NCBI RefSeq assembly: GCF_963921235.1
Contig: NC_086108.1
Location: 67,272,001 to 67,336,000 of the forward strand
Source: Mobula hypostoma
Taxonomy: Eukaryota
Reading direction: 5' to 3'
DNA length: 64,000 nucleotides
Shown: positions 50,475 to 62,656 of the stretch, one piece after another
Numbering within the stretch: the first letter of the stretch is position 1
How the letters are laid out: each line of letters opens with the position of its first letter
The notes under the pieces: model-generated
The model's database searches: none
What the model saw: only the letters and a program-made list of their open reading frames with translations
Told to the model about the DNA's origin: nothing
Made by a program: the position numbers and the translations under genes

Positions 50475-53372
50475 TGTCACTACCACGGATTCGGCAGCGC
50501 AGTAGATACGGCCATCGCGCTCGTGGATTTGCATGTGTCAGCTAATTATTATTTAATCGCGATAGTATTTAACTCCATACTTGTTGTCGTAGTGCTTGTC
50601 TAGACTTGGACAGAGCACAGCAACGCTTCGCTGCCTGTTTGCTTTCGGCCTTCCCTGAGAAATTGGACTTTTGAGTCAACTGACTCTGAAGACTAACGGT
50701 ACTTGTTTAATGTTTAGATTTTCTTTTTAGCCGCAGTATAGGCCTCATTTCCCATTTGAGAGATTTAGTTAATGGCCCTATTTGGCCTAGTGTTTATTGT
50801 TTTATTTTCCCTTTAACACTGTTCGCAATAAAGTTTTGTGTACTATCGACCTGCTTGTGTCTCTCACTCCGCACTTGGGCCATATCCGAACCTGGTAACA
50901 GCAAGTCTCGAATACACAGTGATGGACCCAGCAGAGAGAGAGAGCAGCTGACCTTGGCCGTGTGATTCATTGGTCAGGTAGGAGACAAGCTACAGACAAT
51001 TGGACTCAGGTGTCTGCAATTTCCGCACTCACGGCCGCCGTCCGCGAACTTACTGTGAAAAGCCAGCATCAGCTGACAGCCATTAACTTTCTTGCCAGCT
51101 CAATTCAGCAGCTTCAGGCCACCTCAGTCCCACTTCCAGCATCTTACAGGTCCTCCTTTTCTGTTGCCACGACAATCTCTGCTACTAATGCTCCCACTCC
51201 CACGCATGGACCAGAGCCGACTCCCACGATTGTACACGAACGAAGTATTCCACCACCAGGAAGATATCCTGGTGATCCCGATGATAGTAGGAATTTTATT
51301 ACCCAATGCGAGCTAACATTCCAAGCCCAGCCTGGTCGTTTTGGTGATGATGCACAAAAACTAGTGTAGATGGTCAATCTTCTTGATGGACCTCTCCTAT
51401 ATTCAGGATGCTAAGAGACTCCATTCTCGTCAAGCCCAGTGGGCTCTGTTCTTCACACAGTTCAATTTCATCCGCACTTATCGTCCCGGCAGCAAGAATA
51501 CAAAGACCAACGCACTCCCCTGACAGTTCAACGGCTCTGAGGACAGTGCCGATCCAGAGCCAATTCTTCCTCACTCATGTATCGTGCTCCGGTGATCTGG
51601 GGAATATAGACAGAGGAGAGGGCTGCCCAACAATCAGATCCAGGACCTCCCAATCAGCTGTTTGTCCCTGCTGCAGTGCATTCCAAAGCGTTGGAATGGG
51701 GCCACTCCTCCTGTCTGGCTGGACATCCGGGAATTCAACGAACTCAGGAGTTTGTAAAGAGACAATTTTGGTGCCATCTATGTCCTAGGATGTCCACGAC
51801 TTTGTATCTGCCTGTCCCACCTGCACTTGGAACAAGACATCACGCCAGCATCCTGCGGGTCTGTTATGTCCTCTGCAGGTGCCCCACTGCCCCTGGTCCC
51901 ACCTCTCAGTTGATTTCATCACAGGTCTGCCCCTGTCTAATGGAAACACCACCAGTTTGGTCATTGTGGATTGATTTTTCAAGGCTGCTCACTTCATTGT
52001 CCTCCCCAGACTCCCATCAGCTTGTGAGACTGCCACACTCATGGTTCAACATGTGTTCAGGCTCCACAGCTCTCCTCAAGACACAGTGTCTGATCGTGGA
52101 CCACAGTTCACTTCCCACTTTTGGAAGGCTTTCTGCTCTCTTGTAGGAGCCATGGCCAGCCTCTTGTCTGGCTTCCACTCCCAATCTAATGGCCAGACTG
52201 AGAGAGTGAACCAGGAATTGGAGACAACCCTGCACTGTCTTGCCTCTTCCAACCCCACGTCCTGGAGCTCTCAATTGGTTTGGGCAGAGGTTGCCCACAA
52301 TAACCTCCAGTCGTCCTCCACCAGTATGTCTCCCTTTGAATGCCAGAAGGGATTCCAGTCCCCGCTCTTCCCTGATCAGGAGATCGACATAGGAGTTCCT
52401 GCTGCTGAACAGCTGTTTCAGCATACCTGGAGGCGAGCCAGGGCTTCTCTGCTGCACGCCCAGAAGCAGCATTCCCAGCAGGCTGATCGGCTCTATCGAC
52501 AGGTAAGGCCATTCAAGCCAGGACAGGAGGTCTGGTTGGCATCAAGGTATCTTCCCCTGAAAGTTGAGAACCAGAAATTGGCACCATGCTACGTGGGACC
52601 GTTTATAGTGGAAAAGGCTGTCAACAAGGTGTCCTATAGATTGCGTCTAACAGCATCACTGAAGATCCATCCAGTATTCCATGTTTCCCAACTCAAGCCG
52701 GTTACTACCTCTCCCCCGGCCCCAGTCACCCCAGCTCCTCCACCTTCCCACCTGGCAGGTGGTTCCCTTGTCTATACTGTGTGGCGCCTCCTGGCATCTC
52801 ACTGGGTATGTGGTAAGGTCCAGTACCTTGTAGACTGGGAAGGGTACTTGGATCTCAATGAAGGACATCTTGGACAAGTCACTGATCCAGGACTTCCAGC
52901 GGACACAGGTCTGTGGCGCCTCAGGGGCTGCACCTAGAGAGGGGGGCCGTCTCACAACCACGGATTCGGCAGTGCAATAAATACGGCAATTGCGCTTGTG
53001 AATTTGCATGAGTCAAGCTAATTATTATTTAATCGTGATGATATTTAACTCCATACTTGTTGTTGTAGTTCTTGTTGAGACTTGAATAGAGCACAGCAAC
53101 GCTTCGCTGCCTGTTTGCTTTCGGCCTTCCCTGAGAAATTGGACTTTCGAGTCAACTGACTCTGAGGACTAATAGTATTCATTTAATGTTTAGATTTTCT
53201 TTTCAGCCGTAGTGTAGGCCTTGTTTCCCATTTGAGAGTTTTAGTTAACTATTTGGCCTAGTGTTTATTATTTATTTTCCCTTTAACATTGTTCACGGTA
53301 AAGTTTTGTGAACTATCGACCTGCTTTAGTGTCTCTCACTCCGCACTTGGGCCATATTTGAACCCGATTACA
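50475..53372 (+). mobile_element. Second sushi-type chromoviral Gypsy element, lacking protease/RT (internal deletion)
   Basis: LTRs 50475-50900 and 52950-53372, 5-bp TSD CCAAT, PPT AGAGAGGGGGG. Gag N-terminus (PPPGRYPGDP..RNFITQCELTF) is joined directly to the RNase H end and integrase. Confidence 0.93.
52041..52937 (+). pseudogene. Integrase C-terminal part plus chromodomain
   Basis: [64 protein letters not shown]. Confidence 0.92.
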
Positions 53373-54828
53373 CCAATATGCCAAGGAGAGAGTAGGTTCT
53401 GCACAGCGAGCAGCCAGCAAAACGTCTACACCCCATCTCTATAGATGACTTCCACCCTGTCTCTGGCACTACTGTACCAGCTCCTGGTATTTGGCTTTCT
53501 TATGTTCAAATACCTCCCCAATCCAGTCTTCCCAAAGAACTGTCAGTTTTATCATGACCACCTGCTTCAAGGTTTGTGACAGATGCATGCTGCCCTTGAT
53601 TCACTCTTAAATTATATATCCCTACAGCATAGATTTCGCCAAATTGAAGCAGCCCCATTTACACTTGAATTTATTTAAAATCATGTAAGTGTGCAAAATA
53701 TGAAACTAAATAGTAATAATCATAAATAAAAAGCAATTTTAAAATTTGACAAATGATATCTAATAAATTGACAGTTCCACTCTAGTATGTGGAAAAAATG
53801 CATCTGCAAGTTATGAAACACTAAATCTCAGGAACTTTTTATTAAATATCATGCTTTTGCAAAGTTACATGAGGTTACCATATTAAAATTTAGACTTCTG
53901 AGCTAATGTTTGTATTTTTAATGTCCACTGAGAACACTAATTAAACAATTAATATTGATCATAATTAATTGCCTGTTTATGATTATGTAGAACCTTCATG
54001 TTCTCCTGTTATCTCAGAAGGTAGGAAAACTGTAATGCTACTGAACCGCAGTGAGTGAACTTAGCTACTTGGTCAGACTTATTTCCAAATCGGGCAACCA
54101 GAACAAAAGTACATAACACAAGGAGCAAAATTACATTTTAAAATTCTAAGTTCCCTTAGGCTAAGTCATAATTTCTCAGAATATTGAGTACAATTTAACA
54201 TGGAATGCAAACTATTCTGTGATACAATTTCTGCCCCACTTAGCCACATTCTTTCTGGAATGTGACAAACAAGTGCAAGCATTGGAAAGCATCATGGCAA
54301 TAATGGAAATAATACTTTGCAGCAATCACTTGGATTGGGAAGAAAAAGTCTTTGAAGGAAAATTAAGCAAGTGTGGAATTACAAATGTTATCAGAAGAAA
54401 AACATGTTTTCTAACAAAAGTGATGAAGTATTAGAGGACGTCTGGTGACTACATCAGAGCAAAAACTGCAGTGACCCCAAAGCAGCATAGTGTAAATGAG
54501 ACAATATTGGGTACACGGAAAAAACAACTGATCAAAATTGTTTGTGACTGAAAATTTTTACCACGAAGTATAACATTTATTGATCTTGAGCAATTGACAA
54601 TCACCATTGTAACACCATCAACTCCGGAAATAGGAATGTACCGCTGATGGAAAATAGTGCACATTGGGTGGAAGACACCATTTCATGATAATTTTGCAAA
54701 CCCAAAGCGCCAGAACTAAAAGCATGCATCAAATGTTGGAACTGATTCACAGGTCAAATATGGTTCCGAGGAATTTGAGTATGCACTTTTTCTTCACAAA
54801 AGTCATCATGAAATACAGGCAAGGGTAG

Positions 54829-57800
54829 TGTCAAAAAAATGTAGAGGAGGCTTGAGCCAAAAGCAGAGCAACAGAGATGATTTAACAGTAAACAATAATA
54901 AAAGATCACAAAATAACAAGCCATGAGGGGCCACAAAACAAGAGAGAACTGAAACTAAACACAACAGACATCAAGGTAAACTTTAGGCAGGGGGAGTGAA
55001 AACTAGATTGAGATTCAAGATGCAAATACATTTATTATCAGAGAATGTACAAATTATACAACCTGGAGATTTGCCTGCTCACAGGTAACCACAAAGGAAG
55101 AACTCAATTAAAGAAAAAAAGACGAAAAATAAAAATTAAAATACCAACACTTGATGCTCAAGGAAAGAAAAAAATACAAATCATGCAAACAATTGTTGAC
55201 AGCAGCATCCCAAACTAAAATTGAGTCTTCTGATCTGAATCTCAGAGGAGCCCAGAGTAGGCCCAAAGCCTCACTTATCAGTTTATCTAATTAGTGGCAT
55301 GGTGCACAGCAGCTGGGCAGTCTTCATAGCCTCAGCTTCTCCTTTCAGTGCCCAGAGCGGTCTAGTCTCACTCCTGAGCCAGCTGTACAGGCATCAGAAC
55401 TCCAGCAGCAATGATTCATCCGCCAAACTCACCTCGTCATCGCTCAATGATTGTGGTGATAATTTAATACAATTTACCTCAGAAAAGATATTTTTATTGA
55501 TATTTTCAGTCTGATTTCATAGCTTTTGACTACCAGGTAGCTGTTGCACATGTTTGGTAGCACCATCTTAACTGGAGACCAGCTGGTTTGATGAGTGAAG
55601 AAGGACTATGAATGAGAACTGGGATTAAATAGTCTGGAATGAGTGCAAGGTGAATCCTATTAGCTGGGTGTAGACTGGGAGGTGCCTGCATGTTCAGGCT
55701 GGGAGGTGTCAGCGGCAGCAGGCCTGACAGGACCACCCCCCACCCCACCCCATGGCTAGCTCCCGGCAGCCTAGGGCAATCCAGATGGTTTTGGTGGAAC
55801 TCAGCTATGAACGATGGATCCAAGATGTAACTGGATGACACCCAAGACCACTCCTCCAGCCTGTACTCTTCCCAGTCAGCCAAGTACCTCATACTCTGTC
55901 CACTGCGACCAGTGTATCCAGCAACCGGCAAACTGTGTACACTGGACAGCTTCCCACCATCCTAGGTCCCAGAGGTGCAGGCACAGATGGGTTGAGTGGT
56001 CCATAGATAATGGGACTGAGACAGGATGTGTGGAAGGTAGATATGATCCTGAGGGATGGCGATAGCTGGAGATGGCAAGTGACTGGATTGTTGCAATGGG
56101 TGGTCTTGAAGGGACCAATGAACTGGAGAGAGAACTTGCAAGAGTCAGTACGCAGGGGAAGATCTCGGGTAGACAGCTAGACATGATCCCCAGGCCGAAG
56201 TAGTCTGACTGGTGGTTGACCTGGTGGATCTGGTTTTCAAGGTCCCAGAGGATCTGAGAGGATGAAATGATGGGCTGAGGGTCGGCCTCCATTTCAGCTG
56301 GGTCAAACTGTTGCTACAGGGCGCCTGTCTTTGTGTTCTTGGAACCAGGTCAGTGGGAGATGATGAAGTTGCATTGTTCGAAGAAGAGGGCCCAGTGAGT
56401 TGGTGGGTCTATTGTATGAATATGAGGTTCTGGTGGTCAATTCAGACCAGGAAAGTCTCAATATTTCCCATTAGCCAATGTCTCCATTCCCCAAGGCCCA
56501 TTAGATGGCAAGTAGCTTCCTGTCTTCTACTCCATAATGGCACTGTGTGGGGTTAAACTTGTGCAAGGAGAAGGCACAACAGTGTATATACCCTCCAGCC
56601 TCGTTAGGGCAGGATGGCCCTAGCACCCATGTCAAATGCATCCACCTCTACCACAAAAGGTTCAAAGGGGTTCGGATGTCAGAGAATGGGAGCATGGTGA
56701 AGCACCTTGAGCTCTTCAAAAGTGTGGTCCATGGTCCACAGCAGCAAAACTAGGCTACCCAGGAGGTAGGTGACATAGCAAGGGAGGTGAGAAGAGCAGC
56801 AGTTCGGCTGTGTTTCTGATAAAATGATGGTAGAATTTGGGGAAGTCCAAGAAGCATTGTAGCTGTTTGGATGTGCATGGTTGGGGCGATTAAAGAACAA
56901 TGTGCACTTTCTCTGGGTCCATGGATGTGTCTTGGGGTGAAAGGACATAACCCAGGAAGGAAATGAGTGGGATGTGGGATGAGCATTTTTCTAACTTACA
57001 GTACATTTGGTTTTTAAGGAAACTGAAGGACTGAACAGAGGTGACGGACATTGTCTTGCAGGTTCTTGCAAAGGACACAGGAGCAGAATCAGGCCATTTG
57101 GCCCATCGAGTCTGATCCGCCATTTCATCATGGCTGATCCATTTCCTTCTCAACCCCATTCTCCTGCTTTCTCCCTGTAACCTTTCACACCCTGACCAAT
57201 GAAGAACCTATCAACTTCCATCTTAAATATACCCAGTGACCTGGCTACTGTACACTGGACAGCTTTCCACCATCCTAGTATCTGTTCCAAATAGACATAC
57301 CTCTATATTGAGGCCGTACCCTTTGGTCCTAGACTCTCCCACTAAAGGTAACATCCTCTTCATATCCACAGCTTGCTCTCCATATCGTACTGCCCAGGCT
57401 TATCTATACAGCTAGGACGCAATATCCATGGTCAATTGACAAATGTTACATTGCCTTTTTGACATGCTATTTCTATCACCTGATGAGATTTGTAGACCAC
57501 ATTCTGGCTACTGTTTGGAGGGGTGTAAATAACTCCCATCAGGGTCTTCTTACTTTTTTGAGTTTCTTAACTCTACCCACAAGATCAGGTTGCTCCCCAT
57601 ATCGTACTGCCCAGGCTTGTATGGTCGAGTTTGGTGAAGATCTGCACCTCGCAGAGTGTTTCAAATATGTTTTCCATCAAGGGGACAGGGCAGCAGTTCT
57701 TAATTGTGATTCTGTTGTTCATGGTAGTTAATGCAGGGATGAAGACCACTATCTTTTTGCTGACATTTCAGGCTGGAGCCTGAAACACATGTCGCTCTTT

Positions 57801-59628
57801 GGCAATGTAGCTATTCATGGCTTGTGTCTCGGAAGGAGGGAAAGAGATCAGGCAGCCTAGGGGATGGGTGGTGCCCGGGAGGAGGTTGACTGTGCAGTCG
57901 TGTGGTGTGTAACATGGCAGAACGCTGGCTTCCTCTTTACTGAAGGCAATGGCTAGGTCATAATCTTCCTGTGGGAGTTTGGCGAGGTCGAGTGTTTCCT
58001 CCATCTCTGCAGATTTACAGGGTGAAGTTAACCGTAATTGCAGGCGGGTGGATCTGGCACCGGATGACCAAGTGAAGTGAGGATCATGAGTAGAGAGCCA
58101 GGAGTAACCCAAGATGAGAAGAGGGTTGGGTGAGTTGATCAGGAGGAATTGGGTGGACACACAGTGCCCTCCGACTTTCATGTGCATAGCTGTCCCACTG
58201 TCCCAGACCTCAAGGATGTTGTCCATGGCTGTGATGTTGAAGGGATGAGAGAGGTTTGGTAGGAACTCCAAGCTGCACACATAGAGACCATTCTATAAAG
58301 TTGTCTGCTGGCCTGGAATCCACCAAAGCCTTCTGTGCACATAGAGCAGACAGAGTGTGGAGGAGAACGGAGAGAATGAGTTGGGTTATGGTGCTGAAAC
58401 AAGGGGCTGGACAGAGTTTGCCAGATAGAAAACCTCTCATCACTACCTGGAGGTGCCATTTCCTGGAAGTCATGGGCACTCGATGCATTGGTGGTCGGCT
58501 GCACCTCAGTAGGTGCACAAGTTGTTTTTCCACCGATGCTCACACTCAAGGCGGTGGGGGAGAGGGTTAAGGGAGCACTACGTAACTGCATGGGTTCTGG
58601 AGGCATTGAAGAAGAGGGCTCTGCTGCCTGAAATGGTTCTGGAACAGAACTGGGTATCTGGCTAATGATCTGGAAGGTCATTTCATAAGACACTTGTCAA
58701 TGCTGACAGTTAGAGTGAAGACACTTTTGAGGTTGGTGGGCATGTCCCAGGTAGACAACTTATCTTTTGAATGTTCCGCAAAACTGTGATGGTAATGTGT
58801 TAGCAGCACTCTGCATTCCAGCTGCAATCCACTGCAAGGATGCTGAATTTCACGGTGTGATCAATCCTGACACAGGTGAAGTATCAGATGTGCTGCCTTC
58901 CTTCCATTTCCCGGTACAGCTCGGCGGTAAAATCCTCATACTTGTCACTAGTGATGGCTTTATTGTCCAAATTAACAGTGATTCAGGTCAGCACTCGTCC
59001 AGCCAAGAATGAAATAGGGAAGGTGATCTTGGCCAAGTCCGTTGGATGCAGAGACAGCTTAAGCTGGAAGTGTGAGATGCACTAGGACAGGAAGTTTCAG
59101 CACTAGGTTGGAGATCCATGGAAGCATTTGGTCTGAGGAGTCTGGCACTCAGAGGGAGGAGGTTTACTTGCCTGGAATTGCTGCACCAAAGTGGAGAGTT
59201 GGATGAGAGTGGCGAACAGATGATCAATGGTTTCCTACTGCTTCTGGATCAAGTGCTCATGTCAACAGACAACTTCCTTTAGGTGAGCATGCTCTGTTGG
59301 GTCAATCATCCTGTCAGGAAGTATAGGAGAGGCTTAACCTAACAGACCTCAAAGTAACAAGGCACGAAGGGCCACAAAACAAAAGAGAGCAGAAATGAAA
59401 CACAATATGATACAAGGTCAACTTTTGGCAGGGAGAGTGAAAGCTAGGAGCCATGGGTTGAGGCTGGCTGTTTGATGACTGAACAGGGACTGTGGATGAG
59501 AACTGGGGTTAAATCGGCTGCCGGTGATGAGTCTGGAATGAGCTGCAAGTGAATCCTATTAGCTAGATGGAGACTGGGAGATGCCTGCATGTGCAGTCTG
59601 GGAGGTGTCAGTGAGAGCAGGCCTGTTA
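54829..59628 (-). mobile_element. Third, older sushi-type chromoviral Gypsy element
   Basis: LTRs 59312-59628 and 54829-55729 (the latter split by an insertion at ~55006-55570); 5-bp TSD GGTAG (54824-54828, 59629-59633). PEPMQL, ALVDS, LLILGYSWLSTHDP, YCKLEKC and chromodomain YLADWEEY..EEWSWV. Confidence 0.88.
57072..57586 (-). mobile_element. Rearranged CR1 fragment inserted in the RT of the third Gypsy element
   Basis: GACACAGGAGCAGAATCAGGCCATTTGGCCCATCGAGTCTG is an antisense CR1 3' UTR. Confidence 0.75.
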
Positions 59629-60014
59629 GGTAGAAATATACCTGCAAAACAAAACCCTCATGCGTTAGTGTGATGAACCACTTCTACACTCATTACTGTT
59701 GTCATAGTCTAATGTAATAAGGAAATGCCAAGGTTTTTCCATACAAAAGTAGTAAAACTCTGATAATTCTGGTAATGTTTTCATTTAAAATAAATAACTA
59801 GGAGTGTCTATATTCTATATTATATGTAATATAATTCTATATTCTATATTATCTGTGATACCCTTCTGAGTTTCAAGGCAGATTACCATCTCACATGTCT
59901 CTAACTGAAACCACCAGCTGAAAGATAAGATTACAGAACAACTCATTAGTTACACAAGTGCAACCATTTGTGAAGCAAGCACAATAATCAAAATCAGAAA
60001 TATAATCACATTGA

Positions 60015-60600
60015 TATCCAAGTAATCACGTTGTCAAGTTTACCAATGAGACTACAGTGGTGGGGCTCATCAACATCTACGATGAGATGGCCTGCAGAGA
60101 GGCTCAAGGCCTGGTGCCTGTCATGTAATATCTTCCTCAATGTCAACAATACAAAGGAGATGTTTATCAACTTCAGGAGAACTCGCACCACTCACACCTC
60201 TCTTTAAATTGAAGGCACAGCAGTGGAAGCTGTGAGCAGTTTCAAGCTCTTGGGAGTGCACATCTTATACAACCTCTCATGGTCACAGAACACAATCTAC
60301 ACAATCAGGACAGCTCACTAACACTTCCACTTTCCAAGGAGGCTAAAGGAAGCTGGAGTATGCACATCCTTACTCATGTCATTCTACAGATGTGCAGTAG
60401 AAAGCATCCTAATACGGTAGGGAAACTGCACTGCAGCAGAGAGGATGGACAAAACAGTCCAACACAGCAACAGCACCAGCCTACCGGGCATCAAATACAT
60501 ATATACAGAAACATGCTGGGAAAAGGCCGGTAACATTATGCGCATAAACTGTTTGTCCTACTGCTATCTGAGCAGAGGCTGTATAGCATCCACACCAGGT
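60015..60600 (+). mobile_element. Rex1/Babar RT/C-terminal fragment
   Basis: HVVKFTNETTVVGLI..WC..N..LNVNNTKEM.INFRR..VEAVSSFKLLGVHI. Confidence 0.8.
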
Positions 60601-60813
60601 CTGTTCCCTCTAGTCTGCACAGGTGTGCAGCCACACAGTAACAGAAATGCCCCTGTGCATGTAGACTTTGTGCCATGCATCTGGAATAAGGACCGATGAG
60701 AAAAAGTTTACGTAATGTGAAAGATTTTCTTTGTTGTTCTGTATTTCATTATACCTTTCAATTAATAAATAAAATCAAAAGTATGTGATTTTTCAATTTC
60801 ATTCATTGATTCA

Positions 60814-61112
60814 TTGACGAGGAAAAACTTCTTCACACAAAGAGTGGATGAGGAAAAACTTCACTTCTTCACACAGAGAATGGTGAATCTGTGGAATTCT
60901 CTGCCACAGGAAACAGTTGAGGCCAGTTCATTGGCTATATTTAAGAGGGAGTTAGATACGGCCCTTGTGGCTAAAGGGATCGGGGGTATGGAGAGAAGGC
61001 AGGTATAGGGTTCTGAGTTGGATGATCAGCCATGATCGTACAGAATGGCGGTGCAGGCTCAAAGGGCCGAATGGCCTACTCCTGTACCTATTTTCTATGT
61101 TTCTATGTTTCT
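60814..61112 (+). mobile_element. Young CR1 3' end (same family as 9195-10355)
   Basis: FFTQRMVNLWNSLPQETVEASSLAIFKRELD; tail TTTTCTATGTTTCTATGTTTCTA; duplicated 5' junction. Confidence 0.92.
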
Positions 61113-61264
61113 ATTCTAAATATTCACAATATGCGTATTACAAAACAAAAACATTTAAAGTGCTGCACATTTTTCAGGCTGTGTAACAGTTTCCAGCTCA
61201 AAGCAATGGTTGCTCCATGCAGCTATATAAAAAAATTAGAAGTGACATTGCCAGGACCACCAAA

Positions 61265-62107
61265 GGTCAAAGTTCAAAGTAAATTTATTATCAAAGTACA
61301 TACATGTTGCCATATACAACGTCAGTTTCATTTTCTTGTGAGCAATAACAGTAAATACAAGAAACACAATAGTATCAATAGAAGACCACACCCAATAGGA
61401 TGGACAAACAACTTACGTGCAAATACAAAAAGGGAATAAAAAATAATAATAATAAATAAATAAACAATAAATATCGAGAACATGAGAGCAACACACACAA
61501 AATGTTGGAGGAACTCAGCAGGCCAGGCACCATCTACAGAAAAAAGCACAGTTGACGTTTTGGGGCAGTTGATCAGCACAGGTCTTTAGTACGTGGCCTG
61601 GTACCCTGTCTGGGCTCGATGCTTTCTATGGGTTGACTCTCCTGAAGGATGCCCTCACGTCAGCCTCAGAGACTGAAATCAGAGGTTCATTGGGGTTGTG
61701 GGAGTTTGTAAAAGTGCCTCCATGTTTTGATGGTTAAAGCAAGCAGAAAAGGCATAAAAGGCATTTTATGTGTAAAAGACTCAAAACCAGTTGCTTCCCC
61801 CAAGCAGTAAGGCTGATCAATACCTCCAGCCACTAACCTGTTCCTCCACACCCCCAAGCACCACTACTTTATCATTTCCATCAGTCACCTTATGTACAGA
61901 CACTCCTGTACCTAGCGTCACTTTATGGACATAAAATCAATTTATGTATATAATCTATCTTATGTATTTATATTTATTGTGTACATTATTATTTTTGTTT
62001 TCTTTATCTTATTTTTTCGTGCTGCTTTGGATCCAGAATAACAATTATTTTGTTCGCCTTTACACTTGTGTACCTAAAATGACACCAAAAAATCTTGAAT
62101 CTTGAAT
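61265..62107. mobile_element. Cluster of Rex-like tails and a short PLE terminus (61486-61566)
   Basis: AAAGTTCAAAGTAAATTTATTATC antisense tail; GCAACACACACAAAATGTTGGAGGAACTCAGC PLE end; sense tail AATCTTGAATCTTGAA. Confidence 0.6.
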
Positions 62108-62407
62108 AAGGTTTAAGTACACTGTGTAATAGCAATTCAGTAATAACTGTGGAGATATCACAGAAACTGTAGCCTCTCATCATTCACAGCAAGATTTACA
62201 CAAAGTTCATGATGAATTCACAAGTAAACCTAACTTGCTTCTTGTGCTAGAAGATAATCATGATGTCATTTCACTAGTTGCTAATGGGATATACAGAATA
62301 GATTATGAAGCTCTTCAAGGAGTGATGGCAGCTAAATAACGGAAAAAGTCCCAAGAACAGATCATAAACATTAAATCAACATATGTTTAGCATGCCCAGT
62401 GAACCTC

Positions 62408-62656
62408 AGACCATCAGACACAGGAACAGAATTAGACCATTCATAACATTCAGTGTGTTCTGCCAGTCAATCATGGCTGATTTATTATCCTTCTCAACCC
62501 AATTATACTGCCTTTTTCCTGTTACCTTTGACACCCTTATTAATCAAGAACTTATCAAGCTTCGCTTTAAATATACCCAGTGATGGCCTCCTCAGCCTTC
62601 TATGGCAATAAACTTCACAGAATCCTGCCCTCTGGCTAAAGAAATTCTTCATCTCT
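62408..62656 (-). mobile_element. CR1 3' fragment
   Basis: AGACCATCAGACACAGGAACAGAATTAGACC..TCATGGCTGAT..CTCTGGCTAAAGAAATTC. Confidence 0.8.

Noticed and set aside
49651..52955. Both sense chromoviral elements have 3' LTRs beginning TCTCAC instead of TGTCAC
   Set aside because: Only two cases in already diverged LTRs; coincidence is sufficient.
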